Positions 1 to 10,498 of a DNA stretch of 23,919 bases are shown one piece after another; the stretch's first letter is position 1, and each line of letters starts with the position of its first letter. Both the position numbers and the translations under genes were made by a program. The stretch is from Catajapyx aquilonaris (taxonomy: Eukaryota), in contig KZ538296.1 in the NCBI GenBank assembly GCA_000934665.2, positions 62,001 through 85,919 of the forward strand, read 5' to 3'. The notes beneath the pieces were generated by a model. That model did not search any database, was not told the DNA's origin, and saw only the letters and a program-made list of their open reading frames with translations.

Positions 1-331
1 CACCTGCCTCACTTATTCACTGTGATTGACAAATACCTTTGCTAACAAGGCAGCCAGCTGATTCCTTGAAACAGTTTGCTGCTCTGGACTTGCAATAAAA
101 CTACATGAGGCAACTAAAAAGTCATTGCAAATATTTAAACAGTATTTAACAAACTGCAGCAGTTTGTCATGAGCTGGAATTCAGAGAGTATGTAATACAA
201 ATCATTGCACAGCATAGTTCATGTTACACAACAGCATCTGTCTGGTATCAGCAGTCTCACAAGCTCAGCATGGCAGTGCACACAGGTACGTGACTCAGTA
301 TTCTTGCCTGGCTAGTAATATGTCATCATAT

Positions 332-951
332 CGAGGGTTGTCCAACAATTATTGGCAACATTGCTGCAATTTGCGTATCACTATGGGTACACACTTGTAA
401 ATTTCACATTCCCTCGAAGTAGTCCCCAGCCATATTTATCACATTTTTCCAATTCCCTGGAAGTCTTCACACAATATCAGCAGCGTTGTGTGGAGGTGTC
501 ATCCAGAGACTGCCCTAAGGCATGTTTCCCTTGTATGGAAACAAAAGCAGTGTAGGGGATCCTTCATTTTAGGGAGCAGATCGGAGTCACATAGACTCAT
601 GTCAGGTGAATAGGGGGCATGTTCCAACAACTTCCATTACCATTTCTGAAGAAGTTGCCAACAGCAATGACCACCGCCAGATTTCCCACTAGACAGAGTA
701 GGCAATTGCCTATGGGTGGCTGCCCTCTGGGGGCGGCCGCAAGCTGTACTATAGCTTTTTAAAAATAAAGAGAGAAAAAAAAAGAAAAAAGCGAGAACAC
801 AGGAGAAAAATTGATTTTTTTAAGCGACAAATGGGGAGGGGGGGAATCCGGTGCTGCACATGACAGTGAGCTTTGTTGTATGGAAGACAATGGGTCCCCT
901 CTGCAGCAAATTCTTCCTCTTCCAGTGAATTGCTGGGAGATGATGTTGCAA
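332..951 (-). mobile_element. Decayed mariner (DD34D-type) transposon, 3' half, interrupted by a hAT MITE
   Basis: Frameshifted minus-strand peptides LQHHL-PAIHWKRKNLLQRGPIVFH(D)N, WKLLEHAPYSPDMSLCDSDLLPKMK and RLPGNWKNVINMAGDYFEGM-stop. TIR-like end TA-TCGAGGGTTG near 329-340. Confidence 0.85.
672..856. mobile_element. hAT-like MITE inserted in the mariner remnant
   Basis: Degenerate TIRs CACCGCCAGATT and AATCCGGTGCTG. Imperfect 8-bp TSD gcaatgac / cacatgac. The mariner peptide resumes on both sides. Confidence 0.6.
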
Positions 952-1434
952 TTATGATATTGATTTCAATTTCCCTTGCCAATTCTGTGCAGGTCCATTC
1001 CCGGTCTGTATCTGATGGGGTACACCCTAAGCACACTGCTCCACACACTGCTGTGACTGCTTGGTGAATGGCACTGGGGGGTTTCCCAGGGTTGACTCAC
1101 AATGTGCCTATCCATGTCTAGTCCAGGCTGGAAGGATTGCCAAGTGGTAACGCTGTTGCCAATAATGGTTGGACTACCCTCGTATTTAAACAACAGGAGC
1201 CAGATGACGGCAAGAGGTAGTAGGGAGGTGGGGGAGGGGGTTGTAACTGAAACTGACACGTGGGGATTCATGGAGAACAAAAGATGCAGATCACAAACCT
1301 CTCCAGCGTGATTATAAAGTGAGTCCTGGCTACAGCTCTGCCGCAAACAGAAAGAAAAAATTTGCAGTGACTTTTCACACCCCTCATATCACAAAAAATG
1401 ACTCGTGCATTTGCACTCAACAGTGTTTGGAACA

Positions 1435-1663
1435 TTAGCACACAGCACGAATTCCTAGCCATGCATAACCACTAAGAGTGCCATATATGAACGCTTGTAG
1501 ATACAACCACCGTCCCCAAGAAGTGAATGCTAGTGGCATGGACACAGCCAAAAAGAACAGAAAGCTGCCAGCTGTGTGCCTCAAGCTCAAAGCACGCTCC
1601 AAGCCACGACGCACTGCTGTCTCCCGCACTGAAGCTTTCTCTGAATAGAAGTCTCTCACCACC
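1435..1663 (-). CDS. AGPAT5: AGPAT5-like terminal coding exon 6 (VVRDFYSE...YGTLSGYAWLGIRAVC-stop)
   Basis: Acceptor tttcctgacag|G completes GCG. The hydrophobic C-terminus GRWLYLQAFIYGTLSG resembles AGPAT5 GRKLYVNTWIYGTLLG. TAA at 1437-1435. Confidence 0.92.
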
Positions 1664-1720
1664 CTGTCAGGAAATGTTTTAATTAGCAATTGAGCTGCCC
1701 CAGGGAAACTGTTTAAAAAA

Positions 1721-1723
1721 TAT

Positions 1724-1754
<31 letters not shown>

Positions 1755-1796
1755 TATTTATTTTACCCTGTGCTAGAGAACAATGCCCTTATTGGG
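1721..1796 (-). repeat. (ATTT)n tract with an adjacent putative retroposon 3' end
   Basis: (TATT)n followed by ttaccctgtgctagag. A similar junction (ttaccatgtgatagag after a TTTA-rich run) occurs near 22370-22410. Confidence 0.4.
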
Positions 1797-2441
1797 TGGC
1801 TCCGTTGTGTAGTTAATGCGTACAGCGTCCTTAAAGTGTTGAGGGCCGGATGGTGGAATATGAGGCAAAAACGAAAAAGTGTATGGGTGTCGTACCCGGA
1901 TTCTTAATCTGATGGGATTGGATTGCTTTTTGCACATGGACAATGTGTTAGGAGACCAAGGCAAGGGATCGGAGGCCCTCGAACTGACTTTTGCTTCTTA
2001 GAAGCTGGCGGAATGCATGTGACGTCACGAAACTTTGACGGCGCCGTACGCATTAACTATGCAACAGAACCCAAAACTAATTGCACATCCCTATATTAGT
2101 TTTACGAAGGGCGACACGGTGGCAGAGTGGTTAACACCGCAGCCTTCCACCTCTAAGGTCCCGAGTTCGATCCCCAGGTCCGACGGAGGATACTTATGTG
2201 GATAAGAGTTTCGATGGGTTCTCTCCGTGTTTGCGTGGGTTTTCTCGGGGTTCTCCTGTTTCCTCCCGCAATCAAAATCCATCACAGCACAGGCAATGAT
2301 TAAAGTTGGATATTTGAAAGATGATCCCCTAAGAGGCCCAAGGAGGCCTATCACGGGGTATCCATTATTATTATTATATATTAGTTTTAACAAGTACTAT
2401 CAGTCTACCTGGCGATTGTCCGCGAGTTTCCCTTCACCCTG
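1797..2441 (+). mobile_element. MITE family A (TA-CAGGGTGAAGGG termini), left-truncated copy 1, carrying a SINE insertion
   Basis: Colinear with 5088-5761 and with the reverse complement of 17100-17544. Right end CCCTTCACCCTG-TA. Confidence 0.9.
2108..2376 (+). mobile_element. tRNA-derived V-domain SINE, copy 1
   Basis: A box TGGCAGAGTGG, B box GAGTTCGATCC, V-domain-like core GTTCTCTCCGTGTTTGCGTGGGTTTTCTCGGGGTTCTCCTGTTTCCTCCC, (ATT)n tail. TSD TATATTAGTTTTACGA (2092-2107) / TATATTAGTTTTAACAA (2377-2393). Confidence 0.9.
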
Positions 2442-2577
2442 TATTATAAAGGTATAGATAATAATAGTGGTAAAATAGGGCACAATTTTTAGAAATGTTT
2501 CCTTTCGAGGTATTAATGACATTAATCCTTAATAAATCTATTTGTTTGCAGCACTAAGCAAGAACACCTTGACTTAC

Positions 2578-2701
2578 GCATCTTTCTGGACAAAGAGCTG
2601 ATGCATCCACACTTTAAAACTCTCTTCATCTCGAGGAACCTCTTCCATGGGAATTCTCCTCATGTGCATGTGAACTGAAGGACACTTCTTTGTCAGAAAT
2701 T
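2578..2701 (-). CDS. AGPAT5: AGPAT5-like coding exon 5 (EFLTKKCPSVHMHMRRIPMEEVP...WMHQLFVQKD), 124 nt; absent from the ORF track
   Basis: Acceptor ctccaaacag|AA and donor GC|GTAAGT. Translation matches the AGPAT5 acyltransferase C-terminal region. Phases 1 and 2 fit. Confidence 0.93.
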
Positions 2702-2733
2702 CTGTTTGGAGAGATTATGTAGCATAAATCTGA

Positions 2734-3135
2734 CTGAACAGCTGGGCTATAAAAGAGGTGCAAAAAGAGTATTTGTAACTTAAATCCAATAAGAAGAGTC
2801 ACTGAATTTTTCCAGATGTGACTTCATACCAGATAAATTGCAAAGGCCTATTGCAAATTACGGTAACATTTCAGTGCAGCTTCAATTGTCAGGGCAAAAA
2901 GATGACGCACTGTAGGAGTTGTGGCGTGTGGGTACGATGGGAGCTTGAGTGCACATGCACTTGATGATGGGGAAGAAGCTGCTTATTTGTGTTTGAAAGC
3001 AGTTACTGAAATTTCCAATAGGCCTTTGCAATTTATCAGGTATGATGTCACATCTGGAAAAATTCAGTGACTCTTCTTATAGGATTTAAGTTACAAATAC
3101 TCTTTTTGCACCTCTTTTATAGCCCAGCTGTTCAG
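2734..3135. mobile_element. Fold-back MITE with about 134-bp inverted arms, superfamily unassigned
   Basis: 2734-2867 is the near-perfect reverse complement of 3002-3135 (CTGAACAGCTGGGCTATAAAAGAGGTG...). No clear TSD. Confidence 0.85.
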
Positions 3136-3628
3136 CTAATAAGATCTGAATCGAGAGAATCAAGCACAAGTGAAGCTGACGACGGCATGACCTGTGACTC
3201 CAGCGACACTGTCCCAACCCCCTCCCTCCCCACCAAAAAATCTCGGAATTTCAAAACACTTCATTTGCCTGATAAAGTCTATGAGAAATGTGCCAGTTTT
3301 GGGAGAATCACCCAGTTGCTCTGTGGGCTCAGCAGAAATTTAGAGGGAGCTCCTCCCAGATTTAACCCTGCAACTGTAATCAAGTCACTGCCACTATTCA
3401 ATCTTTCTAAGCCAAATTATGAAGAACCCATTCCACTGTCTAGTGGTGGGCAGGACTTGTAGTTTCATAGAAAATGGACTGCAGTGGTGGAAGAACCACT
3501 TTTTGACATGCTAAGTGCAGCTGCAATAACAACTCCTTTGAATTCTTTGTCTCTTTTCCCCCTTCAACTGTAAACAATTTCACATTCTAAGAATGCTAGT
3601 AAAATGTTACCAGGGATATTATACAAAC

Positions 3629-3881
3629 CAGAAAAACCAGGAGCACGTAGTCTGTGACCATCAGGAGAGACAGTGCCACCATAAACTAGAGAGACATCAT
3701 ATACAGCATCAAAGTACTCCCGAAGCTGAATAAGAGTGAGCCAGGTTCCACGGCTCCGAGGAGTGAGATGATGCTGGAGAATGGGTAGATCACTTTTTCG
3801 AGCCATTGACTCAGATTTGTCAATTAGTGATGGTTTGTCAGGATAGTACCGTGTGCCTTCTGGGAAGATTATTACCCATGA
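3629..3881 (-). CDS. AGPAT5: AGPAT5-like coding exon 4 (SWVIIFPEGTRY...LTPR...APGFS), 253 nt
   Basis: Acceptor attttacag|TCA and donor TCTG|GTTTGT. Contains motif III FPEGTR, HHLTPR and DAVYDVS. Confidence 0.95.
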
Positions 3882-3921
3882 CTGTAAAATAATAATAAAA
3901 TTAATTTGGCACAACCCTCAC

Positions 3922-3968
<47 letters not shown>
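3922..3968. repeat. (AAT)n microsatellite about 40 nt from the exon 4 acceptor
   Basis: About 15 perfect AAT units. Confidence 0.95.
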
Positions 3969-3970
<2 letters not shown>

Positions 3971-4112
3971 GTCCTATGATATGAATTGGGAATCTTATAA
4001 TCTGTAAAATGGCATGAACAATAATTGTGTGACTCATGTGTTATGAAAATAGCTAGTCCCATGAACCAACTCAGAGAAACAAAAAGAAAAAAATGGTCCT
4101 ACTCATTCCCAT

Positions 4113-4896
4113 CTGTATTATCGCACTACCTCACTTAAAGCGGCATGTGGGTGTAGTCAAAGTCGACCTGTTATTAGACATGCGCGATGTGGTGGCTATA
4201 CCAGCATGCCGGTCTAAGCGAGGTATACCGGTATAAGGCGAGGTTTTCTTACGATCTCTATGAAAATTATTATTACTTAAATGAATGCATTACACCCATG
4301 TTGTACGGTATGCATACAGCCCAGGACACTTCTACTGACTGGCACATCCCATAAGATCGTTCGTTAAGTTCAAATTTTACGGAAACCTTCTCAATATTAA
4401 AAGTGCAAGGCAGCCAGAAGGGAAGAATACCTACCAGGATATTTCATACGTATTGGATTGGATTTTATTATCTGAGTGACAAGGCTTCTCAGACAAACTG
4501 ATACCACTATGCAAAGTGATCCTCTGATTGCCAACGAGATCTGCGACCATCAAACTATTGATAGCAAAACGAACAACTGAAGGAATTTGCCTAGATCCTT
4601 TGCAGATTCTTTGTAATATTTAAGGGGGTTCCCCTCTCAGAGCTGGCTGACAGTCGTATTGGTCACACTCTATGCCCTGTGCAACATATGAACTTGCAAT
4701 TCTCACAGCCCTGTACTCACACATTTTTCACCAAATTATTTTAATACAGTATCAGACGCATTCCAAAATTTGACAAGGATCAAAATTATTTAAATCTACC
4801 TCGGGTATTGCTGCATGCCGGCCACCCCTGGGTTATACCGGCATGCTGATCGACCTCATTTTATACCGGCATGCCGCTTTAAGTGAGGTAATACAG
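4113..4896. mobile_element. Non-autonomous TIR element, possibly Tc2/pogo group
   Basis: TIR TACCTCACTTAAAGCGGCATG (4127-4147) versus 4870-4890. Outer CTGTATTA / TAATACAG-TA. Repeated subterminal motif ATACCGGCATGC. Confidence 0.75.
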
Positions 4897-5087
4897 TATT
4901 ATATTATTTTAGTAAAGATTCCTCATTAATGAAGGAATATAACATCATGCATTATTTGAAACTGAAGAAGCAACATGGCAGTGGTAACTCTGAACTGCCA
5001 AAAAGTGGATTTGAGCCCTTTTTGTAACAACTAATTCAATTACAGACTTTCAATAGCAAGAACATGAGAATGTACAGTACATTCATA

Positions 5088-5761
5088 CAGGGTGAAGGGA
5101 AACTCACGCCCAATCGCCAGGTAGACTGATAGTACCCGCAAAACTAATATAGGGATGTGCAATTAGTCTTTGGCTCCGTTTCATAGTTAATGCGTACGGT
5201 GCCCTTAGGCTCTTTTCACACGTGGTGGTTGGCAGCGCTTCCCATGCACTGCCAGAAATGCTGGTAGAGGGCAGGGCAACTTTCGGCGCGGCAAGCCTAT
5301 GCCAGCTGCCCGCGCCGCCACGTGTTTGCATTGAATCATATGAAGCCTTTCACACGAGAAGAGACTTTTCTTGCGGCCAGCAGTGCCGTCTAATTTATGC
5401 AGCAGCGCTGCCATGGTGGCCTTGTGTGAAAATAGCCTTAAACTGTAGAGGGTCGGATGGTGGAATAAGAGGCAAAAACGACGAAGTGCATGGGTGTCGT
5501 AACCGGATTCTTACTCTGACGGGATTTGATCGCCTTTTCACATGGACAATGTGTTAGGGGACCAAGGCAAGGGACTGGAGGCCCTTGAACTGACTTTTGC
5601 TTCTTAGAAGATGGCGGAACGGATGTGACGCCATGAAACTTTGACGCCGCTGTACGCAGTAACTACGCAAAGATCCCCAAAACCAATTGCACATCCCTAT
5701 ATTAGTTTTACGAGTACTATCAGTCTACTTGGCGATTGGGCGCAAGTTTCCCTTCACCCTG
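5088..5761 (+). mobile_element. MITE family A, full-length copy 2 with a nested insertion
   Basis: TA on both sides, TIRs of about 110 bp beginning CAGGGTGAAGGGAAACT. Confidence 0.93.
5208..5437. mobile_element. PIF/Harbinger (Tourist-like) MITE nested in MITE A
   Basis: TIR GGCTCTTTTCACAC / GTGTGAAAATAGCC. 3-bp TTA TSD at 5205-5207 and 5438-5440. The empty site (single TTA) is seen in copy 1 near 1831. Confidence 0.88.
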
Positions 5762-6319
5762 TATAGAAACATTTTCCGTAACATGACAAGTGTCGTAATA
5801 GGTCAAAAAATGCAATGCTAAGTTTGTCTCCATCAAAATTTTAATTCATACATGAAGTCTCTGAGTCAGCAGGATAGAAATTAGGTCTTGGGGACAGAGA
5901 TGAGCTAAATTCCTAATCTCTCAGTACCAACCAATCAAAACGTCAAGAACTGCCTTTCAAAACTAGAAAGGCTGAGGGAAGTATAATCTTAGCTGCTAAT
6001 TGTGTATTACAGTGAGAGAGAGAGAGAGAGATCATAAATGCACACTGATGGAAAGTCACCATTCATATTGAGCCTTATGATTTTAAATTCTTAAGGAAAT
6101 GTGAAAAAAAACATGGTTAATAAAAGCAAAATCAAACGAAATGCTTGAAAAAATGTCAACTGGATGGTGCACTAAATAGCAAAAAAATCATAATAATAAA
6201 ATAAAGAAGGTTTGAAACTCAACACCCATGATTGAAACATTGCCCTGTGTGGATGGCATTTATTTTGGAAAGCAGCCATCTTGAAAATTTTGGGGGTTGC
6301 CACAGGATGCACAACAAAT

Positions 6320-6564
6320 GAGGGGGTTAAAATCAAAAACCGACATCTCCGTCATAAACGTAACGGAGAAAAACGAGAAAAACCTACAGTTTCGCCGTAT
6401 ATGTCAACGTAGATACCTGAATGTAGCGGCTATACCCATGTACATATGTAGGGTTTTTGATACCATATTCAGGTATTATGTAGTCCATGGCATGAGGAAT
6501 GCATTTCCGGTGCTAACTCATTTTTTTATTTCTGGAGCTGTCGGTTTTTGATTTTAACCCCCTC
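6320..6564. mobile_element. Sola-like MITE, 245 bp
   Basis: TIR of about 33 bp GAGGGGGTTAAAATCAAAAACCGACA. 4-bp TSD AAAT on both sides. GAG...CTC termini. Confidence 0.75.
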
Positions 6565-6818
6565 AAATGTTACTGCAGATGCTTTACCATAAGAAATACA
6601 AGCGAAAAAACCACCTCATTATTTGGCTGACAGTACTTGTGACCATTTCTGGGAGGGCACCACTACTTAGGAGATAATAGCTCCCTGGCCTACTTTGACC
6701 TCTCACCCTGGAACCAACCTTTTTCTCCTGATTTTTAGAGCCAAACTTGGCAATGAAGTCCAGTGGCTCTCTAAATGTGCTGCTCATTAGTATCATCCAG
6801 TCACACTACCAGTTAATA

Positions 6819-7494
6819 CAGGGTGTCTCACAAATTACGCTACTCAGAATTACTTCCATAACATCAACACAAATGAAGATATTGCAACGAAATTTGAACT
6901 GAACTAACCTTGTCATGTGTGATTTGAAATGGCATCACAACATGTGTTGGAAATGGCCACCATTAGCGGCCAGGCAGGTCTCAACACGGCACGACGTATT
7001 TTGGAATGTTCTGGCCAGCATATCCTGCGGTACTACCTGAATTTCCTGGACAATGGTGTCCTTCAAGGCCTGGATGTACCGTGGATTGTTGCAGTACACT
7101 CTTCCTTTCAGAAAGCCCCATAAGAAGTAATCAGGTGGCGTAAGATCGGGCGACCGCGGTGGCCACAATCCCTTCGAAATGACTCGGTCGCCGAAGAAGG
7201 GCTTCATTTCGGCCATGCTGACATGTGATGTGCAGCATGTCGCCCAATCCTGTTGACAGGTTTGGGCCACGTTTGGATCAGGAAGCAAGGACATCCGCCG
7301 CGCGCCACTGCTCAGGTGTCGTCTGGCTGATTCATTGCTCCAGCATCAGTATTACAGCACCCACATTTGACAGACCCATTCCAATTCCTTTCTCACGTGT
7401 TGAGGTTGCTTGAGTTCAAATTCCATTGCAATATCTTCATTTGTGTTACAGTTATTAATGTAATTCTGGGTAGCGTAATTTGTGGGACACCCTG
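6819..7494 (-). mobile_element. Internally deleted Tc1/mariner element with a rosa/DD41D-like transposase C-terminal remnant (6935 to about 7255)
   Basis: TA TSD and TIRs of about 80 bp (CAGGGTGTCTCACAAATTACGCTAC). Peptide QQDWAT...WPPRSPDLTPPDYFLWGFLKGRVY...NGGHFQHML. Confidence 0.92.
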
Positions 7495-8296
7495 TACATC
7501 CTGACTCTAGTACAGTAATTGACTGGCTTTAAAAGTATGAAAACAAACCATACTTGTATGTATACATGCCACTTAATTGCATATATCTACAATATGTAAT
7601 TAGGTGACATTGTAGGTGATCAGTATTAGTCATACTAGAAGAAAGAGAAAAGAACACTAAGTTGTTAGTATTACTGCTTTTTGGCCATACATATGCCCAC
7701 AGTTCTTTGCCACAAAAAATTAACACAACCTTCACCTGTCAGCTGGAAGGCATCCTCTTTTGACAATACCTCAGAGCATGGCAATGGATGCTGATTATGG
7801 TGCTGCACACTGTAACAATCAAATGACCGAGATGATAAAATTGTTATTTTTTGTTTGTATTACCCCATTTTGGGGCTGGGATGGCCTTTTGGGGGGAAAC
7901 TCCCTCCCAGACATTTACACTGATACATTTAAAGATACATTTGTCTCGACTTCATGGTACACTTAGCACATTTTCAAAAAAATTAACAATATCTCATTTC
8001 ACAGAGGTCCAACAATTGGACAACCACCAGAAAAAAACTATATATACAAAAAGCAGTCTGAGAAGTTGGGGCAGCAAACAGCCAATGAATTTTGTCAGGC
8101 AGTACGGATAGCGGCATTGTGAGGTATTTCTTCCTAGCAAACCGAGTTTGGATACATTCTGTCATTAAATAGTGACAAGTGAAAGGTGAACCCATATTAC
8201 ATAAGTGACAGAGTTCTGATCTGTCTGATCACCTATCTGGATTATATTTGGGATCCATCCTACCCTGGAGCTTCTATTCTACTTATCCTTGAAATA

Positions 8297-8898
8297 CAGG
8301 GTGTTTCAGAGTCATGGGTCAAGCGCGAGCGAGGGGGTGGGGAAAAATCGTAGGTGGCGACTACCTGGGTCAGTTTTATAAAACAATGAGAAATACGGCA
8401 GTAATCAATTTATTTATTACGGCCGTACGGCGTGACGTCACATCCTACTTTCTGTTCGAACTGAGTGGCGTGGACTGGCAAATGCAAGGCAAATGCATTG
8501 GGTTGAACCTGGTTGATGGGTTTTTAGCCTTGCGGGTTGCACTGAGAAAGGCGCTCTCATGCTATACTGGTAGGGTACTGTACAAAGTAGTGTACTACTG
8601 TACAGTAGTGTGTTCAGTACCGTGCCGGTGTAGCATGAGAGTGCCTTTTTCAGTGCAACCTGCAAGGCTAAAAACCTGTCAACCAGGTTCAACCCAATGC
8701 ATTTGCCTTGCATTTGCCAGTCCACGCCACTCAGTTCAAACAGAAAGTAGGATGTGACGTCACGCCGTACGGCCATAATAAATAAATTGATTACTGCCGT
8801 ATTTCTCATTGTTTTATAAAACTGACCCAGGTAGTCGCCACCTACAATTTTTTCCCACCCCCTCACGCACGCTTGACCCGTGACTCTGAAACACCCTG
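8297..8898. mobile_element. 602-bp essentially spacerless palindromic MITE with TA-CAGGGTG termini
   Basis: The two arms of about 290 bp are reverse complements with about 18 mismatches. TA on both sides. Confidence 0.95.
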
Positions 8899-9040
8899 TA
8901 CCGGTATATAAAAGTGACAATTTCACTGGTCATCATGAGCTTTTCTCTAGTATGCCATGAATTCTTGTCCTGCCACAACTCATGACAAATTATGCATTCT
9001 GGATCTCATTTCACCTCTTGTAAATATGAAGTATTATGTA

Positions 9041-9140
9041 CTATATTGCTCAAAAACATAGAGACGATTTTGCATTTGACTCACGTACAGTCTGCACTTG
9101 AATCAAAATCAAAATTGTCTCATGTTTTTGAGCGATATAG
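9041..9140. mobile_element. 100-bp palindromic mini-MITE
   Basis: TA-CTATATTGCTCAAAAACAT...ATGTTTTTGAGCGATATAG-TA. The arms pair almost to the centre (GTACAG-T-CTGCAC). Confidence 0.8.
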
Positions 9141-9443
9141 TACAATTTTCACAAAGTTCACCTAGTTCATCTCATCTGAAGGTAGTGGATTTCTGGACAC
9201 AACTTACATATTTCAACAAAAAGCAATAAAGAGACAGAAAAGGAAAATGAAATAACTGAAAGGATTTTGGTGACAAAGGTGTTCAAGTTAACATAATAAT
9301 TCCTTACTTTAAAAAGCTAGTGATGGCAGGTGACCTCAAAATGCAGTTTGATGGACATTTTATATTTACTGTACTACCATAATGAAACTATCTGAACTAT
9401 GCATTGTTCTAGAAAAGCATTTGAACTCTTGCTCTATACTCAC

Positions 9444-9646
9444 CTTAATCCTGTGATTCTGTAGGTAGTCAAGACCCTTCATCATCTTGTCTGCTTTAAA
9501 ATTTCCACGCCTTACATAGATGGATCCATGCTGATAAAAGTAGTGTCCATACAGTGGCACTAGTTGCAACCCATCTTTCATGACATAGCGAAGGTGGCCT
9601 ATGGACCCTTGTTGCACAGATATAGCATCACTTATCACCCAGTCCA
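9444..9646 (-). CDS. AGPAT5: AGPAT5-like coding exon 3 (VDWVISDAI...HGSIYVRR...QNHRIK), 203 nt
   Basis: Acceptor ctttttccag|TG completes a GTG codon, giving NHQSVVDW. Donor AAG|GTGAGT. Contains HLRYVMKDGL and motif II HGSIYVRR. Confidence 0.95.
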
Positions 9647-9762
9647 CTGGAAAAAGCAAGACATTCATCAGTCACAAGTAAGAAATATGGGTATGTGACA
9701 AAGTGCTGCACATTTCATATTCAAATAATGTAGTTGTCTGTAAATAATAACAACTAGTATAT

Positions 9763-9815
9763 ACCGTGAAACGGGGGGAGATTGTGCCAGGTGAGGAGAG
9801 AGTGTGCCAGCACGT
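9763..9815 (+). mobile_element. Possible pogo-like TIR left end; partner end not confidently found
   Basis: TA-CCGTGAAACGGGGGAGATTGTGCCAG with the subterminal motif GTGCCAG repeated. Confidence 0.35.
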
Positions 9816-9940
9816 TTTTTGGGACAACAACGCACTCTACTGGCAACAGGTGTAAACTAGAGAAATTTGGGTTATTCCATCACATACATCAATGTTCAAG
9901 GTTGACAATCACAAAGAGAATTCGCGATTTGCTGCTATAA

Positions 9941-10087
9941 GGGGAGGTGTGGTGGCCGAGATGGTAACGTCTCGGCTTGCTGAGTGAAAGGTCCCAGGTT
10001 CGATCCTCGCCCGGGAACTCCCTTTCGCCTGTGTCGGGAGGGTCCCTGACCCGCACCTTGGAGGTGTCTGGCAACCCAACCTCCTGA
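9941..10087 (+). mobile_element. tRNA-derived SINE family B, head and 5' body (3'-truncated)
   Basis: A box TGGCCGAGATGG, B box GGTTCGATCC. The body matches the reverse complement of 15617-15700. Confidence 0.75.
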
Positions 10088-10498
10088 GCAACCTAACACT
10101 GATTGTTGTCAATTGCACTACCATGGAAACAGGCCGTGCAAAAAATGGGTTGTAATTTAGTCACAACCAAAAACAATCAAGCATTGTTGCAACGGTTGCC
10201 ATGTTAACCAATTGCCACGTAATCTCGTTTTAATTATATGGATTCATTAAAATACAGTTCAACAAAGCGAACAAAATCCACCCACATACTTTGCTTGTCC
10301 AAATGTGGGTGCATTTGCCTCTTGTATTCTCCCGAGGGGACACCAGATTTCAACACTACTCTCAGACAAGGAAAGTAAAAACAAATGCCTATATTTCCCC
10401 TTCGACATCATCATTCATAAGTTTTCTAAGTACGTATTACAAACAATAAATAACTCATAACACTAATCAATATTCCAAAATTAATTATTAATCATATC

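Noticed and set aside
749..1048. 99-aa minus-strand ORF downstream of the gene
   Set aside because: It crosses mariner and hAT remnants mostly out of frame and is not a coherent protein.
8314..8926. Two similar overlapping ORFs (147 aa plus, 162 aa minus) suggesting a bidirectional gene pair
   Set aside because: They are the automatic result of the palindrome and show no recognisable protein motif.
9941..10022. Possible tRNA genes here and at 2108 and 10499
   Set aside because: A and B boxes are present but run into repeated SINE bodies. No clean cloverleaf or oligo-T terminator was found.
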